The translations under genes were made by a program, and so were the position numbers. A stretch of DNA of 28,267 bases from a virus (lineage: Duplodnaviria; Caudoviricetes). Below, piece after piece: positions 16,815 to 24,911 of the stretch; the first letter of the stretch is position 1, and every line of letters starts with the position of its first letter. Under the pieces are notes generated by a model. The model worked only from the letters and a program-made list of their open reading frames with translations, had not been told where the DNA came from and did not search any database. Location of the stretch: positions 1-28,267 of IMG/VR virus record IMGVR_UViG_3300020045_005633. One strand, given 5' to 3'.

Positions 16815-16996
16815 TTTCGAAAACAAAGAGAAGCAAGGTTTTTGAGAAAAGTCAATGGCGTTGCGTTAAATGTGGCCGTGAGGTACGGTTGACCATAGAC
16901 CACAGAATCCCAAAGTCAAAAGGAGGTACTGATAATTTAAGCAACCTTCAGTCCATGTGTGATCCTTGTAATCAGGAAAAAGCGGATAAACTTTGA
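16811..16996 (+). CDS. Minimal HNH endonuclease, 61 aa
   Basis: CVKC...LTIDHRIPKSKGG...NLQSMCDPCN. Confidence 0.88.
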   Translation: MISKTKRSKVFEKSQWRCVKCGREVRLTIDHRIPKSKGGTDNLSNLQSMCDPCNQEKADKL

Positions 16997-17021
16997 ATTT
17001 ATTAAATGATCGCTATATTTG
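16992..17021 (+). promoter_or_regulatory. Bacteroidota promoter
   Basis: TTTG (16992-16995), 18-nt spacer, TATATTTG (17014-17021). Confidence 0.75.
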
Positions 17022-17025
17022 TATG

Positions 17026-17114
17026 TGCTTTTCGTGGAAGCAATTAAAAACATTTTCCGTCCTATGTAGGGGGAGAGCCACGAACTCGAACCCGACATAG
17101 GACATTTTATTTTT
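17026..17114 (+). ncRNA. Structured 5' leader A (kissing-loop hairpin pair)
   Basis: UGCUU[UUCGUGG]AAGCA, linker, then GUCCUAUGU-A-GGG-GGA-GAG[CCACGAA]CUC-GAA-CCC-G-ACAUAGGAC, U-rich tract, AUG at 17115. Confidence 0.75.
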
Positions 17115-19301
17115 ATGGAGTACGAAGAGTTTTTACAAACAAAGATCAGGAAGTATAAAGATTCAGGATTTGAGACTGATGATTTAAATCCTAATCTATT
17201 CGACTTTCAAAATTTTATAGTCAAACGAGCATTAAAAGCAGGCCGTTACGCATTGTTTTGTGAATGTGGAACCGGTAAAACAATTATGCAATTATCGTGG
17301 GCGGATGCGATTGTAAAGAGAACCGGTAAGCCTGTAATTATTCTTTGCCCTTTGGCGGTAAGCGGTCAAACTATATCGGAGGGATTAAAGTTTGGCATAG
17401 AAGTACAACGATTAAAGTCAGATGTATTTGGTCCGGGGATCTTTATTACCAATTATGAACAACTTGAAAACGTAGATGTAGAACCCTTCATTGGAGTTGT
17501 ACTTGATGAGAGTTCCATCCTTAAGAACTTCACAGGGGTATATAAAAATCTAATCTTAGAGAAATTTAAATATACTCCTTACAAATTACCATGCACAGCT
17601 ACGCCTTCACCTAACGATCTTAATGAGATCGGAAACCACTCGGAATTTTTAAACATATTAGACGCTCAAGATATGCGCTCTAAGTGGTTTGTAAGGGATG
17701 AAGGAATGAACAACTATCGATTAAAATCACACGCTAAAGTTGATTTTTACGCATGGATTTCTTCATGGGCCTGTATGCTTTCTAATCCTTCCGATCTTGG
17801 ATTTGATGGCAGTAATTTTATTTTACCTCCATTGAATTACATTGAAAAGCAAATTAAAACTAATGTAAGAAGTAATTATAAGCTATTCAATGACGCTTCC
17901 ATAAACGCTACTAATTTCAATAGCGAATTACGATTAACTAAGATTGAAAGACTATCGGAGGTTATTGATATTGTTAACTCATCTACTGATAACTTTATAA
18001 TATGGGTTAAACAAAATGAAGAAGCTGACTATTTAATGAAACTTATTCCTGACGCGGTGGAGGTTCGTGGGAATGATAATCCGGTATTGAAGGAAAAGAA
18101 CCTATTAGGATTTGCAAAAAATGAATTTAGAGTTTTAATTACAAAAGCTAAGATTGCTCAATTCGGACTTAATTATCAGAACTGCCACAATCAGATATTT
18201 GCCTCTTTGGATTTCAGCTTTGAAGGATTATATCAGGCCATTAGAAGATCCTACCGATTCGGACAGAAACAACAAGTAAACATTTACATGATAACCACCG
18301 ACACCATGCAAAACGTGATTAACTCAATTAAAGAAAAAGAGCGCAAATTTATTGAGATGCAAGATGAAATGAATCGTAACATTAATAGCAAACAGTACGG
18401 TCTTTTAAATACATACGATTACAAAGAAGTTAAGACTGAAAACTATTTCTTAATGAAGGGAGACACCTGCAAAGAGATTAAAAGAATCCCTGATAACAGC
18501 GTTGATTTGATTATATTTTCTCCTCCTTTCAGTTCGTTGTTTACCTATTCAAACTACATCCATGACATGGGTAATAATGAAAACCACGGAGAGTTTTTTA
18601 AGCAATATGCATTTCTTTTAAAAGACCTTTACAGGATATTAAAGCCTGGTCGTTTGATGTGTTGTCATACAAAAGACTTAGGAGTTTATAAGAACTCAAG
18701 CGGTTACACCGGAATGTATGATTTTACGAGCGATCACACAAGGTCGGTATTAGCTGAAAATTTCAAACTACATTCAAAGATTACAATTTGGACCGATCCG
18801 GTACTTGAGATGCAACGCACTAAAACGCAAAGATTACTTTATAAAACAGTTACAAGCGACTCCACATTTACCGGAATAGGGATGGCTGAATATGTTACCA
18901 TTTTTAGGAAGTGGGAAGGAGATCAGGAAAACTGGGAACCGGTTACTAACCTTACAAAACAGAACTTCCCTTTGGACACATGGCAAAAGTGGGCCTCGCC
19001 TGTCTGGATGGACATAAGAAGGACTGATGTTTTAAACGGTCATGAGGGTACTGACATGGGAGATGAGAAACACATTGCACCACTTCAATTAGAAGTCATT
19101 CACAGGCTTGTTAACCTGTATTCTAATCGTGGTGAGGTTGTATTCACTCCTTTCTTAGGCATTGGCTCCGAGGCTTACCAGGCTATTAAAGATGAACGTA
19201 AGGCGATAGGGTGCGAATTGAAAGATAGTTACTTTGATGTAGCGGTTAAGAATTGCAATAATGCCACGGCCGCCAAAGCTCAGATTAAGATGTTTGTTTA
19301 A
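17115..19301 (+). CDS. SF2 (SNF2-like) helicase fused to a beta-class N4-C/N6-A DNA methyltransferase
   Basis: Helicase motifs CGTGKT, LDESS, TATP and QAIRRSYRFGQ; MTase motif IV FSPPF precedes motif I TPFLGIGS. Confidence 0.9.
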   Translation: MEYEEFLQTKIRKYKDSGFETDDLNPNLFDFQNFIVKRALKAGRYALFCECGTGKTIMQLSWADAIVKRTGKPVIILCPLAVSGQTISEGLKFGIEVQRLKSDVFGPGIFITNYEQLENVDVEPFIGVVLDESSILKNFTGVYKNLILEKFKYTPYKLPCTATPSPNDLNEIGNHSEFLNILDAQDMRSKWFVRDEGMNNYRLKSHAKVDFYAWISSWACMLSNPSDLGFDGSNFILPPLNYIEKQIKTNVRSNYKLFNDASINATNFNSELRLTKIERLSEVIDIVNSSTDNFIIWVKQNEEADYLMKLIPDAVEVRGNDNPVLKEKNLLGFAKNEFRVLITKAKIAQFGLNYQNCHNQIFASLDFSFEGLYQAIRRSYRFGQKQQVNIYMITTDTMQNVINSIKEKERKFIEMQDEMNRNINSKQYGLLNTYDYKEVKTENYFLMKGDTCKEIKRIPDNSVDLIIFSPPFSSLFTYSNYIHDMGNNENHGEFFKQYAFLLKDLYRILKPGRLMCCHTKDLGVYKNSSGYTGMYDFTSDHTRSVLAENFKLHSKITIWTDPVLEMQRTKTQRLLYKTVTSDSTFTGIGMAEYVTIFRKWEGDQENWEPVTNLTKQNFPLDTWQKWASPVWMDIRRTDVLNGHEGTDMGDEKHIAPLQLEVIHRLVNLYSNRGEVVFTPFLGIGSEAYQAIKDERKAIGCELKDSYFDVAVKNCNNATAAKAQIKMFV

Positions 19302-19353
19302 AAAAAAATTTGCTTAAAAGTGTGGAATTTCCTCTACAAATCTCATGTATAAT

Positions 19354-19384
19354 TTTGTACTCATATGTGAATTATGTAACATTG
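19354..19384 (+). promoter_or_regulatory. Bacteroidota promoter for the replication operon
   Basis: TTTG (19354-19357), 19-nt spacer, TAACATTG (19377-19384, one mismatch). Confidence 0.65.
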
Positions 19385-19399
19385 CATACCAAATTAAAA

Positions 19400-19485
19400 G
19401 ACTATGTGCGTAGTCATTCAAAACATTTTTAGCCTTGAAGGGCCGAACCGCGCACACGGGGAGGTTCTTCAGGGCTTTTTTATTT
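19400..19485 (+). ncRNA. Structured 5' leader B (kissing-loop hairpin pair)
   Basis: GACUA[UGUGCG]UAGUC, linker, then AGCCUUGAAG-GGCC-GAA-CCG[CGCACA]CGG-GGA-GGUU-CUUCAGGGCU, U tract, AUG at 19486. Confidence 0.75.
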
Positions 19486-20100
19486 ATGGAAATATCAGAT
19501 AGTATTTGTAGTGCAATTTACAGAAGTTGTATTAGGGTAGTTGATTCAGTTATTTTAAATAGCCCAGAAATGAAAGCTATTGCCTATCATGAATTTGACA
19601 ATTTTATTTGGAGGCTTAATTCAAAAATAGGTAAGGTTCAATATTATTTAAATAATGAAACTAATGATAGCCCAAAAGTAGTTCGATCAAATGGTACTAA
19701 TTTTACTTTTGAATTTACTATTTATCCTGATAAAACAAGTGAATTTAGGGTTTCATTAAGAACTACATCATACAGAAAATTTGACTCATCATATCTGCTA
19801 TCTAAAGCTAAAGTTAATAAGGGGTATGTTTATTTTATAAAATCAGAATTTGGCTATAAGATTGGTTGTACAAATAACATAGCTAAGCGATTAAAGATTT
19901 TCGAAGTAAAACTTCCTTTTAAGGTTAATTTAGAATCATATATTGAATCTAAAGACCATAATAAACTTGAATCAATGTTACACAATCTTTTATCACATAA
20001 AAGAATTGATGGAGAGTGGTTTGATTTAACCGAAAATGATTTTAGTGAAATAGATTTAGTGATAAAAAATATGGGGTTAATCAGATTACAAAATGGCTAA
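19486..20100 (+). CDS. T5orf172 / GIY-YIG-like domain protein
   Basis: GYVYFI...YKIGCT...KRL...LE..LH...GEWF. Start placed at ATG 19486, after the leader hairpin. Confidence 0.85.
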   Translation: MEISDSICSAIYRSCIRVVDSVILNSPEMKAIAYHEFDNFIWRLNSKIGKVQYYLNNETNDSPKVVRSNGTNFTFEFTIYPDKTSEFRVSLRTTSYRKFDSSYLLSKAKVNKGYVYFIKSEFGYKIGCTNNIAKRLKIFEVKLPFKVNLESYIESKDHNKLESMLHNLLSHKRIDGEWFDLTENDFSEIDLVIKNMGLIRLQNG

Positions 20101-20755
20101 AGAACTACCCTACTTTAAGTTCAACGCCTCGGAATGGATCAGTGGAGCGATTACACTTGAAGATATGACAACTCAAGGCGCATTCATAAATATCTGTGCA
20201 TACTATTGGTTCAAATCGGGATCGTTAACATTAACCGAAATCAAGCGAAGGCTTAAATTAAAACAAGCGACCATTGATTCTTTAACCCATGGAAATCATA
20301 TAAAAGTTGATCAAGATGTCATTGAAATTTCATTTTTGAATGAGCAATTTGATGAACTCGGACATATTTCTAAGAAAAATTCATTAAACGGAAGTAAGGG
20401 AGGTGCCCCAAAAGGTAATAAAAACGCACAAAAAAACAACCCAAAACAACCCAAAACAACCAATATAGAAGAAGAAGTAGAAGAGAATAGAAAAAGAGAA
20501 GAAAGAAAAGTTTTTGTTTATGGTAAGCATGATGAAGATAAATACATTCTAATTACCCCAAATACAATCGATGGTCTATTGTATAGAATTAATGGTGAGG
20601 ACGGATTTAAAGAATTGTATGATATTAAGCAGTCAAAAATATCTCACCCTAATCTTGTTAAGGACTTTCTTAGATCATATCCCGGAAAACACTTTGATGA
20701 TTTTCGCCATGTATATAACACATTTAATCAATTCATTGAAAAAAAGTATAACTAA
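20093..20755 (+). CDS. Putative replication initiator (YdaU/DUF1376-like N-terminus)
   Basis: LPYFKF...W...TQGAFINIC.YYW N-terminus, NGSKGG linker, internal DNA repeats, upstream of a DnaB-like helicase. Confidence 0.72.
   Translation: MAKELPYFKFNASEWISGAITLEDMTTQGAFINICAYYWFKSGSLTLTEIKRRLKLKQATIDSLTHGNHIKVDQDVIEISFLNEQFDELGHISKKNSLNGSKGGAPKGNKNAQKNNPKQPKTTNIEEEVEENRKREERKVFVYGKHDEDKYILITPNTIDGLLYRINGEDGFKELYDIKQSKISHPNLVKDFLRSYPGKHFDDFRHVYNTFNQFIEKKYN
20433..20461 (+). repeat. 10-bp direct repeat AAAACAACCC, about 2.9 copies (candidate iterons)
   Basis: Read directly from the sequence; followed by a purine-rich tract to about 20510. Confidence 0.75.
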
Positions 20756-21093
20756 TGGATAAAGTCATAATTCACAAGGTCACAACCCGCCCAAACTACC
20801 TGAAAGACCATAACCTCAAATATCTTGAGTTTAAGGCACTTTGTCCTAACCGACTAGGAAAACTACGGGAAATCATAGAAAGTCTGCCTGAGGGCAAGCA
20901 AAGGGCCACAGCGACCGAAATTATCACATGGTTACATGAATCCTTTACGGAAGTGCTAAAAGACTATGACGGATTGCAGGAAGGGAGCGAACTTAGAAAC
21001 ACGCTTGAAGATGCTATTCAATGGATACAGGCAAAGGATCGTGAGATCGCTATTTATGAGAATTTGTTAAAACAAAAGGTAAAAACGAAATGA
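20755..21093 (+). CDS. Hypothetical protein
   Basis: TAATG-coupled ORF in the replication operon. Confidence 0.7.
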   Translation: MDKVIIHKVTTRPNYLKDHNLKYLEFKALCPNRLGKLREIIESLPEGKQRATATEIITWLHESFTEVLKDYDGLQEGSELRNTLEDAIQWIQAKDREIAIYENLLKQKVKTK

Positions 21094-21326
21094 AAGACTT
21101 AGACAAAGAGATTAAAAAGGCAGGATTCACTTACATACAGGTATTTGCCGATACTTCGTGGTATATCTACTCCCAACACCTTAACGGGCAAGAAGTGGGC
21201 TATATTGTGTTTAGGCGTAAGGAAAATTCAAAATTCAACTGTGTTTCGTTTCCGGGTGATAATGCCTTTGGTTTGTGGGCGTGGCAGACATGGAGTTTTG
21301 AACTGGCTAAATCACATATCAAATGA
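21090..21326 (+). CDS. Hypothetical protein
   Basis: ATGA-coupled ORF. Confidence 0.7.
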   Translation: MKDLDKEIKKAGFTYIQVFADTSWYIYSQHLNGQEVGYIVFRRKENSKFNCVSFPGDNAFGLWAWQTWSFELAKSHIK

Positions 21327-22264
21327 TCTCAGCAGAAGAAGCCCTGAAAAAGATTGCGGAACGTTACGACAACGAAACCCACTACTTCGCCCAACCGGAA
21401 GAATGGCAGGCGGAAATCAAAACAGGGCTTAAATTTGAGGTTCACAAGTACGGTCACCGAAAGGTTGACGAACATATGCCCTACGTACAGGGTGAACTAA
21501 CTTTGGCCGTTGGCGCTACCAACGTTGGGAAAACTTACGTAATTCTGTACTTGCTTTCAAAGATGCTAGACCGTAAGAAGTTGATTGTTTATTCTGCTGA
21601 AAACCGTATTTCCACGCTTGCCAGGTATTTGATTCAATTCTTTTGGAATACGAACGATCATAAAACGATACTCACAAAAATGGATTGGCTTGCTGACCAT
21701 GTAGAATTTATTAGACATGAAAAGAAGTTTACCCATATTGAAATACTTACCCAATTCATTAAGGGTCAACACAGGGGGTTTGATGCTGATATGATGTTTA
21801 TTGACCCTTACAACGCCCTACAAGTAAAAGGAGGGCATGAAGGTCATTACGATGCAATTCAGGATTTCAGAATATTTACTCAGCAAACAGGCAAAAGCAT
21901 CTTTCTAAACTGCCATACGATGAGCGAAAGCCAACGGCAGAAATTAGACAAGTCAGGGGCAACAAACCCTCCAATGATGGCCGATGTTGAAGGAGGCGCA
22001 AAGTTCCCTAACAGTGCTGACACGGTAATTGTGGTTCACAGAAACCTTTACCACATGGATGAGGACGAAAGATATTGCACGCTTCTTTACGTTGGCAAAA
22101 TAAGGAACAGGGAGGCTGGAGGTAAACCGACAAGATTTGATGAGCCGATAAGATTAAAGTTTAAAAAGGATTGGACCGGATTCACTAACGATCATGATGA
22201 TATTGCGAGTAATTACAGATTGATTAATAATCATGCCACGCTGATTGATGACGATCCTTTTTAG
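21323..22264 (+). CDS. DnaB-like (SF4) replicative helicase, C-terminal ATPase domain
   Basis: Walker A GATNVGKT, YSAEN, Walker B MFIDPYN, ADTVIVVHR and KIRN motifs. Confidence 0.85.
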   Translation: MISAEEALKKIAERYDNETHYFAQPEEWQAEIKTGLKFEVHKYGHRKVDEHMPYVQGELTLAVGATNVGKTYVILYLLSKMLDRKKLIVYSAENRISTLARYLIQFFWNTNDHKTILTKMDWLADHVEFIRHEKKFTHIEILTQFIKGQHRGFDADMMFIDPYNALQVKGGHEGHYDAIQDFRIFTQQTGKSIFLNCHTMSESQRQKLDKSGATNPPMMADVEGGAKFPNSADTVIVVHRNLYHMDEDERYCTLLYVGKIRNREAGGKPTRFDEPIRLKFKKDWTGFTNDHDDIASNYRLINNHATLIDDDPF

Positions 22265-22270
22265 GGCTTT

Positions 22271-22741
22271 TTATTGTTTAGCTCTCATATCTTTTATGCG
22301 CGAACCGGCACTAGATCCGAAATAGTAACTGAAAAGAGAAACTATAATACCCTCAATTATTCCTAGTGTGTGAACGACTAATATTTCATTTTTTTCAGGA
22401 ACCTCTGATTTAAGCAAAGTCCACACAAGGAAAGCAAAAATAGCAATAGCAGCCAACGCAAGGAACCACATCAAGAAATCAATATGTCCCGTTGCCTTTA
22501 CAAATTCAGCCTCCCTGTTTCTTGCGCTCGCCCTGTCCTGAACATCCAATTCTTTTTCTTTTATTAGGTTAGCTTGCAACGCCTCCAAGTGCCGATTTAC
22601 CTCCACCTGAATAGCGAGTTTCGCAGCCTCCTTCTCTTCCTTTGAAGTTGTCAAATTGTCAATTACCGACCCTACCGAACTGATTACTTTTTCAGCAGAC
22701 CCGCCAAAGATTTTTGTAATTACGCTTCCTATTCCGCTCAT
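22271..22741 (-). CDS. Holin-like membrane protein
   Basis: DRASARNRE motif, two TM helices, YYFGSS C-terminal motif; directly downstream of the endolysin. Confidence 0.75.
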   Translation of the reverse strand: MSGIGSVITKIFGGSAEKVISSVGSVIDNLTTSKEEKEAAKLAIQVEVNRHLEALQANLIKEKELDVQDRASARNREAEFVKATGHIDFLMWFLALAAIAIFAFLVWTLLKSEVPEKNEILVVHTLGIIEGIIVSLFSYYFGSSAGSRIKDMRAKQ

Positions 22742-22819
22742 AATTTTATATTTTTGTTACGTCCAAGTTAAAATTAAGAAGTCATGAGATAGTAAGTCTT
22801 AAGACTTTTTAGATCACAA

Positions 22820-22849
22820 GCCAGCCTGAGAAATCAGTCTGGTTTTTTT
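22820..22849 (+). terminator. Intrinsic terminator, plus strand
   Basis: GCCAG-C-CUGA[GAAA]UCAG-U-CUGG followed by U7. Confidence 0.75.
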
Positions 22850-22862
22850 ATAGGCTAATTAT

Positions 22863-23339
22863 TCAAATTACCGCTATAAAATGCTTAAACTCAGGCTCTG
22901 AATCGAAGCATGGACATTCCTTAATCCAGTCATTTCGATCAATTATCCCGTCCTCATTCTTATCAGGACTTAAATCACGATGCCCACAAATGCGCGTAAC
23001 GTGCCCTCCATTACGTCCGGCAAAGTTTAAGGCCTCCATGATACACAAATTAATAGCGTTCTTCTGTGCCTCGGTGCGCGTGTCTTTTGCTTTGCCATTG
23101 GCATCTAGTCCACCCTCATAGCAGATACCTATTGAATTAGCGTTGTAATCCTTAACGTGCGCGCCCGTCTTATCAAAGGGTCTGCCTATGTGAATAGTGC
23201 CATCTTTTCTTATGAACCTATGATAACCGCAGGTATTGAAACCCCTGGCCTTGTGATCCCTGATACAGTCCTCAAAAGTGTAGTCGTTCGTTTCCTTTGA
23301 AGCCGAACAATGAATTACTATTAGGTTTATTTTTCTCAT
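22863..23339 (-). CDS. Endolysin, N-acetylmuramoyl-L-alanine amidase (T7 lysozyme-like, Amidase_2)
   Basis: IVIHCSA, GYH, GAHV..YNANSIGICYEGG, GHRD and KECPCF motifs. Confidence 0.95.
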   Translation of the reverse strand: MRKINLIVIHCSASKETNDYTFEDCIRDHKARGFNTCGYHRFIRKDGTIHIGRPFDKTGAHVKDYNANSIGICYEGGLDANGKAKDTRTEAQKNAINLCIMEALNFAGRNGGHVTRICGHRDLSPDKNEDGIIDRNDWIKECPCFDSEPEFKHFIAVI

Positions 23340-23394
23340 ATTATTATTCCGAAAGTCTGCTCCTTATCGTGGCTTAATCGTTGTAATGTGAATT

Positions 23395-24228
23395 TCATAA
23401 TCCGTAGTAATGCATAATATTTTGATTCATTTCATTTCTTGATGAACTCATATCTTTGGAATATAGAATAACCTCACCGAATCTTGCAGAGGCTGGATTA
23501 CTGATACCATTATATCCGCCAATAGTGTTCCATACTGTATTGCTTCCACTAAATCCAAGTTCAGCAGCCAATGAATATGGGGAATTATTTTTATAAGCTG
23601 ACATTACATTATTTATGCAATAACCATTCATTACCTTATAAGTTGACGTACTATCAGCCGCGGATCTGTAAAAATCAGTTCCGGTATTAGCCCGTTGAAT
23701 ATATACGTTATTGTCGTTCCATTGAGTAGGTGAAAGGGCTGCTGAACCTGATATATATTGATCCCTTACTCCGGCCCCTGTTCTTTTTGAAACTACAAAA
23801 GTCGACCAATCTCCCAATGCACTAATATTATTTGTAAATAATAAGTATGAATTTAATTGAATAAAGGCTACCACTTTATTATTCAATAAATGAAATCCTT
23901 TATTATAAATAGATGACGCAATATTAACCGATGCGCCTGTAATATTTGCTGTATTATTATTTCCGCTTTGATCATACCATTTGAAAAGATAACCGTTTGA
24001 ACTATTCCTTAAAAAGGAACGGGCATATTCCAAATCTATATAATCATCTTTAAATGGAATATCTAAAACAGTAGTGTCGTCATGTTGAACCTGTAAACAA
24101 AAGCCTCTATAATCCCTTCTTAATTTTCTAAAAGAATAAGCCACCGCTGCACCTGGATATAGGTCAAGAAACAAAGGTTTAGAAATAACCATTGTGCTAT
24201 AAGTTCCGTGTAACAGCCCTTTATTCAT
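23395..24228 (-). CDS. Putative tail fibre-associated lectin/concanavalin A-like protein
   Basis: AAVAYSFRKL...WYDQSGNNN...GEVILY pattern. Start moved to 24228 (MNKGLL) because of the TAATG overlap with the upstream gene. Confidence 0.6.
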   Translation of the reverse strand: MNKGLLHGTYSTMVISKPLFLDLYPGAAVAYSFRKLRRDYRGFCLQVQHDDTTVLDIPFKDDYIDLEYARSFLRNSSNGYLFKWYDQSGNNNTANITGASVNIASSIYNKGFHLLNNKVVAFIQLNSYLLFTNNISALGDWSTFVVSKRTGAGVRDQYISGSAALSPTQWNDNNVYIQRANTGTDFYRSAADSTSTYKVMNGYCINNVMSAYKNNSPYSLAAELGFSGSNTVWNTIGGYNGISNPASARFGEVILYSKDMSSSRNEMNQNIMHYYGL

Positions 24229-24692
24229 TAAGCTAAAGATGTAAAGTCGAATCCTTGTGCGGTAACGTGGCATTTTTTTGCCGCTGTCATGTTCGCTAAT
24301 GTTGAAACCCTTAATGTCCACGATGCAGGAATTGAAATATATCTTTTACCCGTAACGTCTATTAACATACCAATCAAAGAAACACCACTACCTGCTAATA
24401 AATCAATGTTTGGTACAGTTCCACTATTACCAGAGCTAAGTGGTACGTTTACAATTCCTAGAGGATAAACGTTTGATGACCCGTCTACAAGTAAAACAAA
24501 TAAGTTTACCGCTGCCGTGTCGTCTGAGTTGGCAACAAGGCTCTCAATCCTGCCACCGTAAGCCCCGGCCGTATAACAAGTAACTGCGTTAGTTGTAGCA
24601 CCTAACGCTCCTGCTGTGGCTGCATTAAGTATTCCAACACCTACATTTATCGTCCGCGCGTAAACCGCTTTTTCTGCTAATGAAACTGCCAT
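24228..24692 (-). CDS. Putative small virion structural protein
   Basis: Ala/Gly/Thr-rich beta pattern in the fibre cluster. Confidence 0.55.
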   Translation of the reverse strand: MAVSLAEKAVYARTINVGVGILNAATAGALGATTNAVTCYTAGAYGGRIESLVANSDDTAAVNLFVLLVDGSSNVYPLGIVNVPLSSGNSGTVPNIDLLAGSGVSLIGMLIDVTGKRYISIPASWTLRVSTLANMTAAKKCHVTAQGFDFTSLA

Positions 24693-24695
24693 ATA

Positions 24696-24911
24696 TTATA
24701 ACTTTTCTTTGTAAACTATTTTTTTGAATCCGCTTACTGTATCAGATTGAAACTCAATAATCATATTAGCTAATTGCCATGCCTGATTCTGCCATTCAGA
24801 CTGATCTATGTCATTCCCAATGAATACTAATTCATCAGTTAGGTTTTGACCTTGCGCCCATAGCGTAAGTTTTTGCTTTATGTTTGCTGTTGTTACTTTT
24901 AATCGTGCCAT
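24696..24911 (-). CDS. Hypothetical protein
   Basis: TAATG-coupled ORF. Confidence 0.6.
   Translation of the reverse strand: MARLKVTTANIKQKLTLWAQGQNLTDELVFIGNDIDQSEWQNQAWQLANMIIEFQSDTVSGFKKIVYKEKL

Noticed and set aside
19435-19485. TTG start for the T5orf172 gene given in the ORF track
   Set aside because: It lies inside the leader hairpin. ATG 19486 after the U tract mirrors the arrangement at 17115.
24229-24321. N-terminal extension of the 23395..24321 ORF
   Set aside because: It overlaps the upstream gene by about 93 nt, and a TAATG-coupled start exists at 24228.
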